Shown: positions 62,785 through 64,000 of the stretch, in pieces
Position numbering within the stretch: the first letter of the stretch is position 1
Layout: each line of letters starts with the position of its first letter
Source of the DNA: Vicugna vicugna
Lineage: Eukaryota
DNA length: 64,000 nt
Direction: 5' to 3'
Assembly (NCBI GenBank): GCA_013265495.1
Contig: MU058452.1
Location: forward strand, 62,001-126,000
Position numbers and translations under genes: made by a program
Notes under the pieces: model-generated
Database searches by the model: none
Told to the model about the DNA's origin: nothing
Seen by the model: the letters and a program-made list of their open reading frames with translations, nothing else

Positions 62785-63649
62785 CCACTGAAGGGTTTTA
62801 TTTTGTCTTTGTTCTTTGTGCTTTTCTCTCAGCTTCTTGGATCTTTTTCAGTTCATTGTGTGTATTTGGCCACAAGATGAAAGTGTCTTTATCTCTTCAA
62901 TGGTTCCATATGTCTGGTGATAGAAAATTCTGATTTTAGACCGGAAGGACCATATGGCCTTCCTGAAATTTCTGTGTCTGGTGGTCAACAGGGAAGGGTG
63001 TGAAGGGTGGAGAATGGTGGCTGAAGTAGGCATGAGATGACCCAACCTCTAATCAGAGGTGGGGGTGGAGGGGCACTTAATGTTGACCTGACCTTCAAGT
63101 TCAGATTACTTGGGGAGAAGAGGCATGTGGTTAATTAAAAACTAGAGTGCAAAAATGTGTGGCTCAAAATGATGAATTTTGTCTTTGATGGGAGTACCCA
63201 TGGGACATCCAGGTCCACTGGAAACTTAGGGTAGCAGCCCAGGAGAGAGAGGTCTGAGACCATCAGCATTTACATGTCAGTGCTCTAGGAGTGGATGGGC
63301 TCATCTGGTCATTGTTTATTTTTGCTTGCTTGCTATATCCACCTTCTCCCCACCTGCATCCATATATGTGTTATACGGACAGTAGATGGGAGGGGTAAAG
63401 GCTGATAAAAAGAACTATGAACATTTTTGGAGGCAAACAATTATAATATTTTCTTTGGATAAATTGTCTATTCCTGTATTCAACCTCATTGCCTTTCAAC
63501 CAATGGACTTTCTATTGGATTCTTTATAGATGCCACTTGTCTTTATTATGGTGTCAAAAACTCAGAAAACTCTGAAAAAAAGAATTTCACAAAGTGACAC
63601 CTAGACTGACATCTCTCTGGGCAACTGTAGTCATTCCTTCTTTCCACAA

Positions 63650-63770
63650 GCATGTGCTAGACATCTGGCTGTCGTGTGTCAGGCACCGGTCTTGACCCTG
63701 GATACTGCAATGAACCAGACAGTCCTCGCTCTTGTAAAGTTTATACGCTGTTGAGGAGGCTTCAGTCAAC
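63650..63770 (-). mobile_element. L2 3' fragment
   Basis: gtgtgtcaggcacc..ctggatactgcaatgaaccagacagtcct..ctct. Confidence 0.55.
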
Positions 63771-64000
63771 ATACTACACGTGTCTTGGGATTCTTTGTGA
63801 TATAACTAATGCATTTTCCACTGCCATTCACAACTCGATTTAATACTAAGAGGAGGGTGATGTGTGATGGAGAGAATTTTATTGTGTGTAATCACTCTTC
63901 TCCCTCTGATGTTGATAGAATATTTCCATTCTTTCTACTTTGGTCAAGATGAATCTTAACTACGTAACATAGAATTCATGGAGGGACCTGTGAACAATTC

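Overview
This is mammalian non-coding genomic DNA with no protein-coding exon, rRNA, tRNA or CRISPR array that I can support; the listed ORFs look like chance ORFs or repeat-derived ORFs. The repeat content (Cetartiodactyla-type L1 3' ends, ERV1-type solo LTRs, ancestral MIR/L2/MLT1/MER elements, and no recognisable Alu, B1/B2, CanSINE, PRE-1, Bov-tA or CHR SINE) points to a cetartiodactyl, most plausibly a camelid (inference). The layout resembles a regulatory gene desert next to a developmental transcription-factor gene: an orphan CpG island at about 1.4-2.95 kb, weaker CpG clusters at about 17.5-18.35 kb and 59.4-60.2 kb, and multi-kb repeat-poor blocks dense in homeodomain/PBX-MEIS/FOX/TCF motifs. 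The best leads are a CRE+CCAAT promoter-like module at about 59.2 kb, a well-formed 96-nt + strand exon candidate at 50176-50271, and two same-family solo LTRs that mimic a provirus but appear to be independent insertions. Repeat family names come from recognition by eye, and most boundaries are approximate unless TSDs are given. I found no evidence of a new protein-based system.
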